This document shows, one piece after another, positions 18,423-29,159 of a stretch of DNA of 33,579 nt. The translations under genes were made by a program, and so were the position numbers. Below the pieces are notes generated by a model. That model did no database searches. It was not told the origin of the DNA and saw only the letters and a list, made by a program, of their open reading frames with translations. The DNA is from Saprolegnia diclina VS20 (lineage: Eukaryota): contig NW_008246108.1 of assembly GCF_000281045.1 (NCBI RefSeq), positions 428,044 to 461,622 on the forward strand, read 5' to 3'. Numbering within the stretch: position 1 is the stretch's first letter; each line of letters starts with the position of its first letter.

Positions 18423-19056
18423 GTCGCTTCCATGTTGTTGAGCTAACACGTTTCTCTTGACTTGTGTTGCTTCTCGCTTCTCTTCGCTACAAGCCATGCA
18501 GAGGCTGCACGGTCGATGCGACCCGACTGGCCAACGCCAAGTCATTGCACCGCCTCGCCGCTACGACCGTCGCCAGAGGCAGTCGCCAACGTAGAGCGAT
18601 GAGCTGCGTGCAGCGCACCGGCAACGGCCGTCACCGATGCGTCGGTACCGCAGGCAGTCGCTGGCCGTGGCGCGTGATCGACGGCGTTCTTTCGGATATG
18701 AGCTCGGTGGCTCGTTCAAGCTCCAGCGCAATGCCGGCGCCTCGCCTTCTCCAGCAACTCGAGTAGCGTCAAGCAGCTAGTCCACAAAAGCGCTGCAGGT
18801 GCCCTGCTCGACCCACTTGGTCCAAGCCCTCGTCTCGCAACAGTGAGCTGCTTGGTAGCAGTGGCCACGCTGGTCACCAAGCGTCCGCGATGACTGCGAG
18901 CTCGCTCGCCCAAGGTCCTCGGGCTGTAGACCCTAACCCCGTCCTCCCACGACGGCGACTAGATTCTTTTGGTCCGTAGTGCGTGCAGGTATTTTGCAGT
19001 TATGTACAGGACTATTAGACGAGAATCGTGTTGGAGCACTAGCAATATGGCCACCG

Positions 19057-21777
19057 TCATCGCTCGACCATGACCTTGCCCGCATGCGTCTTCTTCTTGG
19101 CCGCGCGCTCCTTGTAGCGCGCTTCGAGCACCTTGCTAAACGCCTCGATGATTTGGATTTGCTCGAGCGTCACGTCGTCGGCTTCGTGGGCCACGAGGTC
19201 TGCGAGCGCCTTCTCAAACGTCGCGGGGGCGGCCACCGGGCGGGAGGCAATGAACTTGGTGTACGCGGCTTCGGCCGCCATGGCCTCGATCGCACTCGCC
19301 TGGGCTTGCTTGGCGAGCGCTTCCTCGGCCTGTCGCAGCGCCTGCTTTCGCTGCTCGACGTCGGCCAACTTTTTGGCAAGTCGCTGGTTCTCGGTCGACG
19401 GGGCGTTGTGGCGCCGCTTCTTCTCTTCGAGCCGCGCCATGAGCTGTGCGTGCTTGGACTCGCTCTCGTCGGCCGCCAACTGGGCAAGCCGCGCGCGGTC
19501 GACTTCGCTCGCGGCGAGGAGGGCGGCCACGGTCGCACTGTGGTCGTCGACCACGCTGGTCGGCGTCGGTGCAGCCACTTTTTTTGCGTGCTTCTTTTGG
19601 AGTCGTGCCTGCAACCGCGCGTCATGCGTCGCTTGCTCTTGCTGCAATTCGTCGTCCAATCGGGCGCGGTCGGCCGCGTTCTCGGCCTGCATGGCTTCGA
19701 GACGCGCCTTGGCGGCTGCGGCCGCGCTGAGCTGCTCGGCGTCCGACGCGATCTGCGCTTGGAGCTCCATGTGCTCTTGCTCGAGCGCCGCAAGGACCGG
19801 CGGCGGCGGCTCGTCGTCGTCCGTGTCCAGAGTGTCGTCTGCCGGCGCGCCGCCCGCCGGCGTGTCGTGGGCCCGTTGTCGGCGTTGTGCCAGGCGAGCG
19901 TCCAATCGCGCTTGATGCGCCGCCTTCTCGGCCTCCAACTCGGTGGCGACGCGAGCTGCTTCGCGGGCATGGGCTTCGTGCAGCGCTATCAGCGTGGCCT
20001 CGTTCTCGCTGGCCTGCGTCAGCTCGGCGGCGAGCGCGGTTTGCGCCGTTGCGAGCTCGGTGCGCTCTTCTTGGAGTGCTACGATGGCTTCGCTCGACTC
20101 GGCTTCGACGGCGTCGACCGGATTGACCCGTGCGAGGAGCCGTGCTTGGTGCGTCGCCTGCTCGGTCGCAAGCTCCTCGTTGAGCTTTTGCGTCTCGGCT
20201 TCGTTGGCCGCTTTGAGCGCGTCGAGGTCGTGCTGTTGCTGGAGCGCGAGCCGGCGCTTGGCGGCTGCCGCCTGCGCCGCCGCCATCTCGGCCACGCGGA
20301 GCGCATTCGTCCGCTCTTTGACACAGGCCGCTTCGTGGGCGCGGACTTTGGCGTCGAGCGATGTACTAGAATTATCTTGCGTCTTGGCTCGCAGCCGATC
20401 CACGACGCGGTGGGTCGTCGCCTTCTCGAGCTGCGAACGCAGCGCGAGAAGCTCGGCGTCCTGCGCTGCCGCAAGCGCTGCGAGCTGCGCTTCGTATTCG
20501 GCTTGGAGCGCGGCGGCCTGCGAGTCGGCAAGGGCATCGATCGCGTCTTGGTCCATGCTGTCGCCACCAGCCGCGTCGTTGGGCGAGAGCGACCGCAGCG
20601 GCGAGCTGCCGTCGGCGTCGACGACCGCATTGTCGTCGGTCGGCAGCAGCGTCGTGAGGTCGTTCCAGATGGCCTCCATGAACGACCGGCCGTTGCCGTC
20701 GCGCATCGCTTCGTGGAGCCGGCGCACGTGCACATCGGTGTCCCGCAAAACGCTCTCGTTGAACGCCGCCCACGTCTGCGCATACGTCGTCACGAGCTCG
20801 GCGAGCGCGACGCAGCCCTGCATCTCGACGACCTTGCGCATCGGCGTCGTCGACGGTGTCCACGTGAGTTCAATTTCGGCCAAGAGCCGGCTGCGCTGGT
20901 ACGCCAGCGTATCTTCCAGCAGGCGGCGCTCGTCGGTTTGCATTTGCATCACGCTCGGCGCGTCGGCCAAATGGGGCGCGCTGTCGAGACGCCGGCGCCA
21001 CGCCCCGTCGAGGTGGTCCCGCAGGCGGTTGTCGTTGGCGTCGCACTCGTCCAAGAGAATCCGGATTTGCGCTTGGTACGCTGGCAACACCGAGACAAAC
21101 GACGCAACCTCGCGGTCGTCTTCGACAAGAGTGTCGAGGCGGTGGTAGAGGTCGTTGAGAAACGCGTCTTTGGTGCTTGTAAACGCTGCGACTTGGTTGG
21201 TGTAGAAGGCCACTTCGGCGTTCGCGCGCACCCACTTGGCGACGTCCTGCTCCCACCGCAGCGTCTGGACGTCCGTGTCGAGGTGGGCGCCTCGTGGGTG
21301 CCAAGAGAGTGCCTGCACCATCGAGTCCATACGTTTGAACTGCCGCGAGAACGCGTGGAGGGACGCCACGAGCCGTCGCGCGCGCAACACGCGGTACGTC
21401 TTGTACAGTCCAACGGCTACACCGCAAACGACCGTGAGCGCGATCGCACTGGCGAAGAGCGACTTGGCTGTCGACATGGACACGAGCGACGACGACGATG
21501 TGGTGTCGGTGGCGAGCTGCAAGACGCGGAGGCCGTTGCAGAGCGCGAGGCAGTCGGCCACCGACTCGCGCACGATGCACGCTGAGCCGCTGAGGACACC
21601 GTCGCATTGCACCGCGACGAGCCGTGTCGCGGGCGTCGGCGCCTGCAGCAGCAGAAACGTATCGCAGAGACGTTGACATGCAACCGAGACTTGGGCCAAC
21701 GAGGGTGGCGACGGCAGTGGGAACGTCGTCCACGACGCCGTCGTGTTGCTCGTGCAGGCAAAGTCGCCGGCACCCAT
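19057..21777 (-). CDS. Uncharacterised single-pass membrane protein with a long cytoplasmic coiled coil
   Basis: 906-aa ORF with strong codon bias. Cys-containing N-terminus, TM segment LFASAIALTVVCGVAVGLY followed by basic residues, and an A/E/Q/R-rich heptad region with repeated HxARLxARL motifs. Confidence 0.8.
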   Translation of the reverse strand: MGAGDFACTSNTTASWTTFPLPSPPSLAQVSVACQRLCDTFLLLQAPTPATRLVAVQCDGVLSGSACIVRESVADCLALCNGLRVLQLATDTTSSSSLVSMSTAKSLFASAIALTVVCGVAVGLYKTYRVLRARRLVASLHAFSRQFKRMDSMVQALSWHPRGAHLDTDVQTLRWEQDVAKWVRANAEVAFYTNQVAAFTSTKDAFLNDLYHRLDTLVEDDREVASFVSVLPAYQAQIRILLDECDANDNRLRDHLDGAWRRRLDSAPHLADAPSVMQMQTDERRLLEDTLAYQRSRLLAEIELTWTPSTTPMRKVVEMQGCVALAELVTTYAQTWAAFNESVLRDTDVHVRRLHEAMRDGNGRSFMEAIWNDLTTLLPTDDNAVVDADGSSPLRSLSPNDAAGGDSMDQDAIDALADSQAAALQAEYEAQLAALAAAQDAELLALRSQLEKATTHRVVDRLRAKTQDNSSTSLDAKVRAHEAACVKERTNALRVAEMAAAQAAAAKRRLALQQQHDLDALKAANEAETQKLNEELATEQATHQARLLARVNPVDAVEAESSEAIVALQEERTELATAQTALAAELTQASENEATLIALHEAHAREAARVATELEAEKAAHQARLDARLAQRRQRAHDTPAGGAPADDTLDTDDDEPPPPVLAALEQEHMELQAQIASDAEQLSAAAAAKARLEAMQAENAADRARLDDELQQEQATHDARLQARLQKKHAKKVAAPTPTSVVDDHSATVAALLAASEVDRARLAQLAADESESKHAQLMARLEEKKRRHNAPSTENQRLAKKLADVEQRKQALRQAEEALAKQAQASAIEAMAAEAAYTKFIASRPVAAPATFEKALADLVAHEADDVTLEQIQIIEAFSKVLEARYKERAAKKKTHAGKVMVER

Positions 21778-22262
21778 GAGACTGAAACGCCCGATAAGAC
21801 GCGGCGGTTGACCGGTTCGAAGTGGCGACCACTCGCAATGACACGGTTGACATCGCCACCACCATCATCTCTAGATGTGAGTTAGTGTAGTTTTCTACGT
21901 TAGCTTCAGTCACCCGCGTCGCCCGGCGCTCCGGTTGAGGCCCACAACACATAGGCTCTGTCGCTTCAAGTTTCGCAAGCGTGAACGCGTGAGCTCACCG
22001 CCTGTAGCGAGGCAGGACGGTCGGTGGTGCGGCCCAAACACGAGGCTACTCGGACCAGTTGAAGCAGGACATCTCAAGGCAGGCGCAGCACGGTAGCAGT
22101 ACGACACGGACCCATCGCTGCGACGGGTAGCCACTCAACGGCTTGGTTGTAGCAAGCAACGGGCTGTGCCAAACGCAAGCAAATGCAGGGGCCCTCGACT
22201 CGTACGCCGTGCCCAACACCAACATTTGCAGTCCTCGTTGAGGAGGAGGTGAATCTACTGCG

Positions 22263-25160
22263 TTAATTCTTCAAGTCGAACGAAAACTGGCTGAAGCGCC
22301 GGCTCCACTTGGTCTTGGCGCTCGAAACGTCGTGGACGGCCGATGGCGGGCCCTCGCGCGTAAACTCTGGGTCCACGTACCGCGTGTCCGTCTCGCTCGA
22401 CTAGACACATATCCGATCTTAGGCCAAAATCTCGACATCAACGACGGTCCCCTACGAGGTGGGGGCGCCAGAACGCGGGCACTTGACGCGCCGCGAGCTT
22501 GGTCCAGTTGACATCGCGAAAGAACGGGTGGGCCTTGATCTTCTCGACACCAAAGCGCGCGTTCGGGTCGCGGTTCAAAAGCCCTAGTCGCTTAGTCGTA
22601 CACAGAAATGTCGCACGGCGACCAATTACCGAGCACGAGCGACTTGGCGTCTTTAGGAAACTGGGGTGGGAACTGCACGTCTTCGCTCACGATGCGCTGG
22701 AGCATGATGCGCTCGTTCTCATGGTAAAAGGGCGAGACGCCCACGAGCATCTCATACTACATGTCTCATAAGACAATGTATTCCATCCAAAGACGTACAA
22801 AGACGATGCCAAAGCTCCACCAGTCGTACGACTTGCCGTAGTCGCGCGACCCGTCGGCGGTTTGCACGAGCGCTTCGGGCGCGACATACTCGGCTAGCCA
22901 CTGGTCAGTTGATATACTGATACATATCTCGCGTACCGGTGCCCGAGAGCGTCTTGACGCCGTGGTTGGTGCCGTAAATGTGCTGCTTGGACAAGCCAAA
23001 GTCCACGACGCCAATGTGTCCTTCGTCGTCAATCATAACGTTCGACGGCTAGCACAACATGACAATATTGGTGCGATTGCTCACTCATCACAAGTACCTT
23101 GAGGTCCCGATACAAAATGTTGAGCGAATGCAAATACGAAATCGCAAGCACGAGCTCGGCTGCGTACAAGCGCGCGCTCTGGATGTCCAAGCCACCGCCT
23201 TTTTCATTGAGGTGGTAGAACAAGTCGCCGGCCGCATAGTACTTCATGCCTACATGCAATATTGTCATGTAAAAAGAGTGCACACAGTGAGAGCTAGACT
23301 TGGGTACCGAGGTAGAGCCGCTCGTTGGTTTGAAACGCAAAGATGAGCGACGAGACGTACGGGTGGTGGAGGCGCTGGAGGATCTGGCGCTCCTCCATCG
23401 CGTTTTGCATATCGACCGTGTCCATGGTCGACTTTTTCAAAATTTTGATGGCAAAGATGCGCCCGTCTTGCTTGTAGCGCACCATCATCACCTACAGGAC
23501 GTGTATACACACCCTCTAGTCGAAGAAGAGGGTACGGCGCCAAAGCTGCCGCGGCCAAGCACTTGGAGCATCTCGAAATCTTCGATCGTCAGCGACTTGT
23601 GCGAGATCACCGTCGGCGCCGGCGGACCTACGCCCGACATGAGCACCGCGTCGATCCACTGCAGTGTCTACGGTCGCCTGGCTCGCCGAGCGGGGTAAGT
23701 GGCTGCAAGAACATCCCCGAATCTACAGTCGCGGTTCGGATGGTACGTCGAGCCCGTCCATGTACCTTGGCGGGGCACGGCTTGCAGTGGCGCCGGCGGC
23801 GGTGCCGTCGCCATCGGGACGCTGGCGGCCGGCGCGAGGTGCGTCCCCTAGAGAGCACAAATATTTGAATATAAATATGTAGTCGATATGATCTTACCGG
23901 ACGGTATAATGGCTCGTGGGGCATCGCGAGAAGCATGCGGCTGTCCGGTCGCGTGCGCTTACGCTCCGTCATGCTCATAAAGTAGTGCTCGAGCGCGATT
24001 TGCACATTGCCGCCTGCGTGTGTTTCGTATCAATGTATCAAGTGCCAGCGAGATGTACCGGCGCCGTCGAGGTACGGCAGGAGCTGGTCGCGCGTCGACT
24101 GTGTCCCGACGACCGTTTGCATTTGATCGAGCTTGGCCTCGCGCTGCGTGAGCTCGTCCACCGTGACCGACGTGCGACCCGAGCCAAAGAGCGAGCTCGC
24201 GTCATCGTCGTCTTCATTGACGCGCGAGAGACGCGGCGGCCGCGCCTTGTTGACGCGGATGTTGAGTGGCGCAGGGATCGCTGTCGTCTTGGCGAGCGCG
24301 AGCGCGGCCTTGGCCGACAGCGCCGGACGAAAGTACAGGCGCCAGTGGCCGCTACAAGCTGTAGTCAGCGCTGCAAGCTTATCGAGAGAACGTACTCGGT
24401 CGGGCGCGTCAGGCCGAGAAAGCACCGGTGGACGTTGTTGAGCGGCGTCGCGACCTCGTTCGTGGCGATGGCGACCGGCTTGTTCCACGGCAGGTTCAGC
24501 GAGAGGCCGATGCTCTGGACGTGCCGAATGCAAATCTCGCGGTCTTTCCAGCGGTAGCTAGTGAGGAAGAAGGGCTCGCCGACGCTCATGACGGCGCCGA
24601 GGCCGAGGCCACGCACGACAAACTTGTTGCGGTCGTCCGTATCGCTCACCTAGACGAGACGTTGAGCGCGACAAGAGGGTTGTTGCAGGATGTACCGGCC
24701 GCCACTGGAGCGCATTGTTCTTGCGCGCACTCAGCCAAAGACCGTTGCACTCGAGCGAGACAATGTCGCCGTTGCGCAAGAGCACGTCCGTGCCCGGGCT
24801 GCCGCGCTTCCGGAACCGCAGCACGCGGAAACGCTCGTTCAGCGTCGTGACGGCGTCAACCGCGCCCGTTGTGAGCGTCGCCGACCCGTTGAGCGTGCTC
24901 AGCATACCCGGTGCGTCGAACGGGTGCAGCGTCAATGGCATCGACGAGCGGATGCTCTTAGTCGGGTCGATGGCCTCGGTCGGCGTCGCCTGCGCAAAGT
25001 AGAGGTTGACGGCGGTCGACACATCGTTCGAGGCCGCATGGAGGCACGAGAGGAGCACGTTCGTCGGGACCTCCTCGCCGAGGATCGTGCGGATGAGCTC
25101 GAGCTCCGAGGAGCCTTGCGCGGCCACGGGCCGGGATGGGCGGCGACTTGCTGCCATCAT
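22263..25160 (-). CDS. AGC-family Ser/Thr kinase (SGK/S6K/PKB-like) with N-terminal CUE/UBA-like domain; about a dozen short introns
   Basis: [58 protein letters not shown] and the hydrophobic motif FSQFSF before the stop at 22263. N-terminal [26 protein letters not shown]. Example intron 24650-24695. Confidence 0.9.
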
Positions 25161-26054
25161 GCGTGCTGGCGTTCTTCGACCAAGATCGCAGTCACACGCC
25201 ACTAAATGTGGCATCTGCCGCATATAAATACATTGCACACGCCATGCGACGTCACGATGTGTGCACCGCGCCGATGGCGAGGGCAGGCACGGCGGCAGCC
25301 CGACAAGACTATAGCAGTGGGCGCCTGCCAATAATCACAGCCATCACAGCGTCTGTGTTGCGCAGCGACTACGGTCGCATGCGGCTCGTGCCGAATCCGC
25401 AATGCCGAATCCAAGCACCTCAACAATGGTCGTCGTGTTTTTTGCGGGCGTCGACCAATCACATGCCGCGCTGTCGTCGGCTGCGAGTTAAAAGCGGCAT
25501 CTGCCACAAAGCGACGTGGCAGTCACAGGGCACTCTGTCGTCCACGGCACACCTTGGCTCTCGTTGCACTTTGCTGTGTAGTACACTGCACATCATTGTC
25601 GCCAGTGTCATAGTATGCAGAAGGAGGTGAATTGTGAAAGGAGGGGTAGAATGCGTTAAAGTGGTAAAAAGAATTGAAATGAGAGGGGTGGGGGTGGCGC
25701 ACGCGCACACCCCCGCTGGCAAAAATTGCGCTGTGGAGGAACCCGAAGGCACTCCTAGACCATTACAGCACCGGAGTGCATGAAGGCCTGCTCCGGCCCA
25801 AGTCAACCCCCGAGTTGATCAGGGTCGAGCTCCAGCCAGGTAAGTATGATCTACAAAGAGATTATACTGGGCGATTGCTAGAAACAAAATGCAGGAATTT
25901 GTGGTCGCCACGTACGAATCGACTCCAGATTCAACATGTCGCATGCCTGTCAACAGATTTGACTACACTTTTGTATGCATGTGAGCGAAAGACACGGAAG
26001 ACATCGCAACGTCGGGGTCGTGCTAGCTGCAGAGCTTATCCAAGGATCTACAAT

Positions 26055-26366
26055 TTACCACCACCCACAACCGTACGGACCGCAGCGCCAGCGAGGACCC
26101 CAGTAAGGACCCCAGCCAGGACCCCAGCCACCATGGCCCCAGCCACCATGACCCCAGCGACCATGGCCCCAGCCACCATGACCCCAGCGGCCATGACCCC
26201 AGCGACCATGACCCCAGCCACCGCGCCATTCCTGGTCAGAGCGCTCCGTCGGCACGTCCGGAGGCGTTGTTTCCTTCATCACAGGCGAATCCGGTGCAGT
26301 GGGGCCGGAAGGAGCAGTGTTGGCCGCAGCGACAGCGAGCATCGTGATCAAGCACGTCGTCTTCAT
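26055..26366 (-). CDS. Small secreted Gly/Trp/His-repeat protein (103 aa)
   Basis: Signal peptide MKTTCLITMLAVAAA, a Pro/acidic spacer ending ERSDQE, then (G[G/R]WGH)x6 encoded by a 15-bp tandem repeat, and a C-terminal CGPYGCGWW. Confidence 0.85.
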   Translation of the reverse strand: MKTTCLITMLAVAAANTAPSGPTAPDSPVMKETTPPDVPTERSDQEWRGGWGHGRWGHGRWGHGGWGHGRWGHGGWGHGGWGPGWGPYWGPRWRCGPYGCGWW

Positions 26367-26786
26367 GGAGGCAGGAGGTCGACAAATCCAATTTGAGGGT
26401 TCGAGGACGGCCAAGTCTGGACATCCTGGAAACTCCCAGGAATCGCGCTAAGATCGTAGTCGCAACGCTTCAGCGATCGCTTGGAAATCGCCGGTAAGGT
26501 CGTGCCAACAATTTGCCATGAGCTCTTGCCGTAATAACCTACCAGTCATATATGCTAGCTACAATGTCAAACGCTCGCTGCGAGCTTGCGCTAGCATCTA
26601 ACTGGAGTTTACGTCCGTTGCGTGCAACATGAAACAATCTCTAATGTTATTGTCTTGACCAAGTCCATATCGCAATGATCGATGGCGTGTCGACTCTTCA
26701 GTTTGGCGGCGGCGGACGCCATCAACTGGGATCTCAACGGCCGTGGTAGAAGTGAAAGCATACATTTGTCTTAACAAGATCTACTA

Positions 26787-27422
26787 TCACGTCGACGGTA
26801 CTGGGATCGAAAGCGACGCGAGTAGAGACAAGAGCACGTGGTAGCCAGACGCCGAGAGGTGCACGCCGTCTTCGAAATCATTCTCGAGGTCCATGAGTGG
26901 CCAATCGACTTCCGTTGTCAGCAGCCCTTGCTCGCGCAGCATGGCCAGGTATGCTGCTCGAAAGGCCGGGGACCGCTCGTGTTGGCCGCGCGTCGGGATC
27001 GGCGGGATCGGAAGTACGTGCAAATGAGCGTCGGGCCATCGATCACGGAGCGCGGCCACAATGGCCGCCACGTGTTGGACCATACTTCTCAACTTCTTTT
27101 GCTCGCGCGGCGACGCGCCGTCGCCAGGGCCCAGGTCGTTGGAGCCAATCAAGACTGCGATTTGCTGGAGGCGCGCCGGTGCTAGGGATGCTTGCGTGTA
27201 TCCACTGCCCTCTTCGTTGGCCACGCGCCACGCGAGCTGCGAAATGCGGTCGCCACCGACGCCACAGAGCCACGTCAACGGCGGGGCCAAGTGCGGGTGC
27301 TGCCACTGCAGGCGCTCCGTGAGCGAGTCGCCAAAGATCGCCGCCGTGTCATGCTCCGAGAGCGCTGCAATATGAGCGCCGAGGCCACTGCGAGTCTTCT
27401 CGCGCATGCTGGGTCGAGGCAT
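26787..27422 (-). CDS. SGNH/GDSL hydrolase (PAF-acetylhydrolase Ib-like)
   Basis: Block I IFGDSL, block II GVGGDRI, block III LIGSNDL and block V DGVHL. Confidence 0.9.
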   Translation of the reverse strand: MPRPSMREKTRSGLGAHIAALSEHDTAAIFGDSLTERLQWQHPHLAPPLTWLCGVGGDRISQLAWRVANEEGSGYTQASLAPARLQQIAVLIGSNDLGPGDGASPREQKKLRSMVQHVAAIVAALRDRWPDAHLHVLPIPPIPTRGQHERSPAFRAAYLAMLREQGLLTTEVDWPLMDLENDFEDGVHLSASGYHVLLSLLASLSIPVPST

Positions 27423-27920
27423 CGTGTCAGATGCAGCTGTGAGGTTGCCCTTGGTGCAATCGCGCGATCGACCATCACTCGAGCAGGTCCGACCCATCAC
27501 GACACGCACTCCTGTAGAACATTCCTTGCACTCGCTTTTTGGCAACTCGGCAAACTTGCACTTCAACACGCCTGCTCAGCACCATGGGTCAATATTGACC
27601 CTTGTCAGCACTCAATAGCAACGTGAGCTTAGGACAAGACAACCGGACTCTAGGAATGCCGTCTCGATTTGGCCCGAAAGCGTCGCATGAGCCAATGCCC
27701 ATGTCCACAGGAGGCCATATATAGAGTGAGTACTCTGCGGCGAGGCCATGGAGAGGCTGTGCAAGAGCTTCATATTAGTAGTCGACTTGGCCGCCCAGAG
27801 TCGTATCGACGTCCCCACGGATGCCAATCTCAGCGATCGATTCGTAAATTTCCTGATGGCACGTCGATTCTATTTAGCTGCAACGTATTTTCCGACGCAA
27901 AATGTTGAGTAAAGACCCAA

Positions 27921-28791
27921 CTAAATGGAGCTAAAATGGTCTTCCAAGACCTCTTTCGTGCTCGACATGATGAAGACGGCACCAATCAAGCGCAGACCGC
28001 GCGGGACCGTGCCCTTGTAGTAGAGCCCGAGGCCGCCGTCGCGCCAGAGCTGTGACGCATGCTTGGTCATGGAGGCCGCGTTGGCTTCCAGTGCATTCCC
28101 TTGTACGATCGTCTTGAACGTGTCGACGGGCTGGCTCGCCATCACAGCGACGAGACCGGCGGCGATGCTACCGCCCATGGCCGCCCACGTCTTTTGCGCC
28201 GTCGACGCCGTCGCCTTGTCGCCAAAGATGGACGGAAACGTGTCGTGGAGAGTCGACGAGACAACGGGCCCGAGCGCAAGGTAGCAGGCGCACCACGAGG
28301 CCTCGCGGAACGCCGTGAGTGGCAGGCCTCGGTACAGCCGCATCACGCCGTGGGAATGCACGATCGATCGGACGGTCGCGCTGAGAGACTGCCCTGTGCG
28401 CTGCTGGAGCGTCATGACGAGCTCGGCGGGCGAGCTCAGCAGCGACGAGAGGCCGCCGGCGATCATGGCGGTTCCGATGCGCCCGAGTGCGTCGTCGGGG
28501 GCGATAAGCTTCCCGAGCACGCCGTTGGCAGCAAATTGGACAGCGCAAATGGGCGCAATCGAGAGGCAGTTGATGCCGACGCCACGGTACATGACGCTGG
28601 GCCGAAAGACGACCAGCTGGCTTTGCTGCAAGGAAAGGATATGAGCGTTGCAGCACAGGCATTGGCAGTACCTGCAGCGTGTTCTTGATGTAGACCGTGG
28701 GCTGCTGGATGAGGACCTCGGTCATGCCCGAGATGGACCCGATGAGCGCGTGGTCGACACCGCTGAGCGGGCGTCGTTCCGTGCGCGTCAT
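27921..28791 (-). CDS. Mitochondrial carrier family (SLC25) protein, one intron at 28626-28671
   Basis: Three carrier repeats: QPTVYIKN..MYRG, SPAELVMT..LYRG and QPVDTFKT..YYKG. A 46-nt GT-AG intron joins the two frames. Confidence 0.93.
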
Positions 28792-29159
28792 GGCTGTTCG
28801 AGCTTTGCGCAATCTTCGCTTTGGCCTCGGATCGCATCCGAAATCAAGCCAATCCCAGTGCTGTGCAGGTAATATAATGCTATTCCATACAAATATTAAG
28901 CTTTGTTTAACACAGGATATATAATTGCACATCGGATTTCAGCCAATCCAGAGCTGCAATGATATTTGGCCAATCCAAACGCGCACTGCCACTTGCTTAC
29001 AAATTTGCTTTGGCATTTTGGCCAATGGCATCGCGTTCTTTTTTAATTGTGCTAATCAGCATAGCAATATCAAGATGGAATAAAACATTGGAGTTGAAGA
29101 GCGTACAGGCCGCCTTCAAGTTGCGCCACTGGGCCGATCATTCTCGTGCTTCACCGACC
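28792..29159. promoter_or_regulatory. Bidirectional promoter with multiple CCAAT boxes
   Basis: 368-bp AT-richer gap between the divergent carriers. (A/G)GCCAAT near 28847, 28941, 28968 and 29020; Inr-like TCATTCT at 29138. Confidence 0.6.

Noticed and set aside
16869..18545. 558-aa minus-strand ORF
   Set aside because: Antisense shadow of the CAX gene.
18979..21585. 868-aa plus-strand ORF
   Set aside because: Antisense shadow of the GC3-biased 906-aa minus-strand gene; R/L/G-rich with no motifs.
25776..26396. Plus-strand ORF with (PATMT)n repeats
   Set aside because: Antisense reading of the GGWGH repeat; the minus strand has the signal peptide and a coherent architecture.
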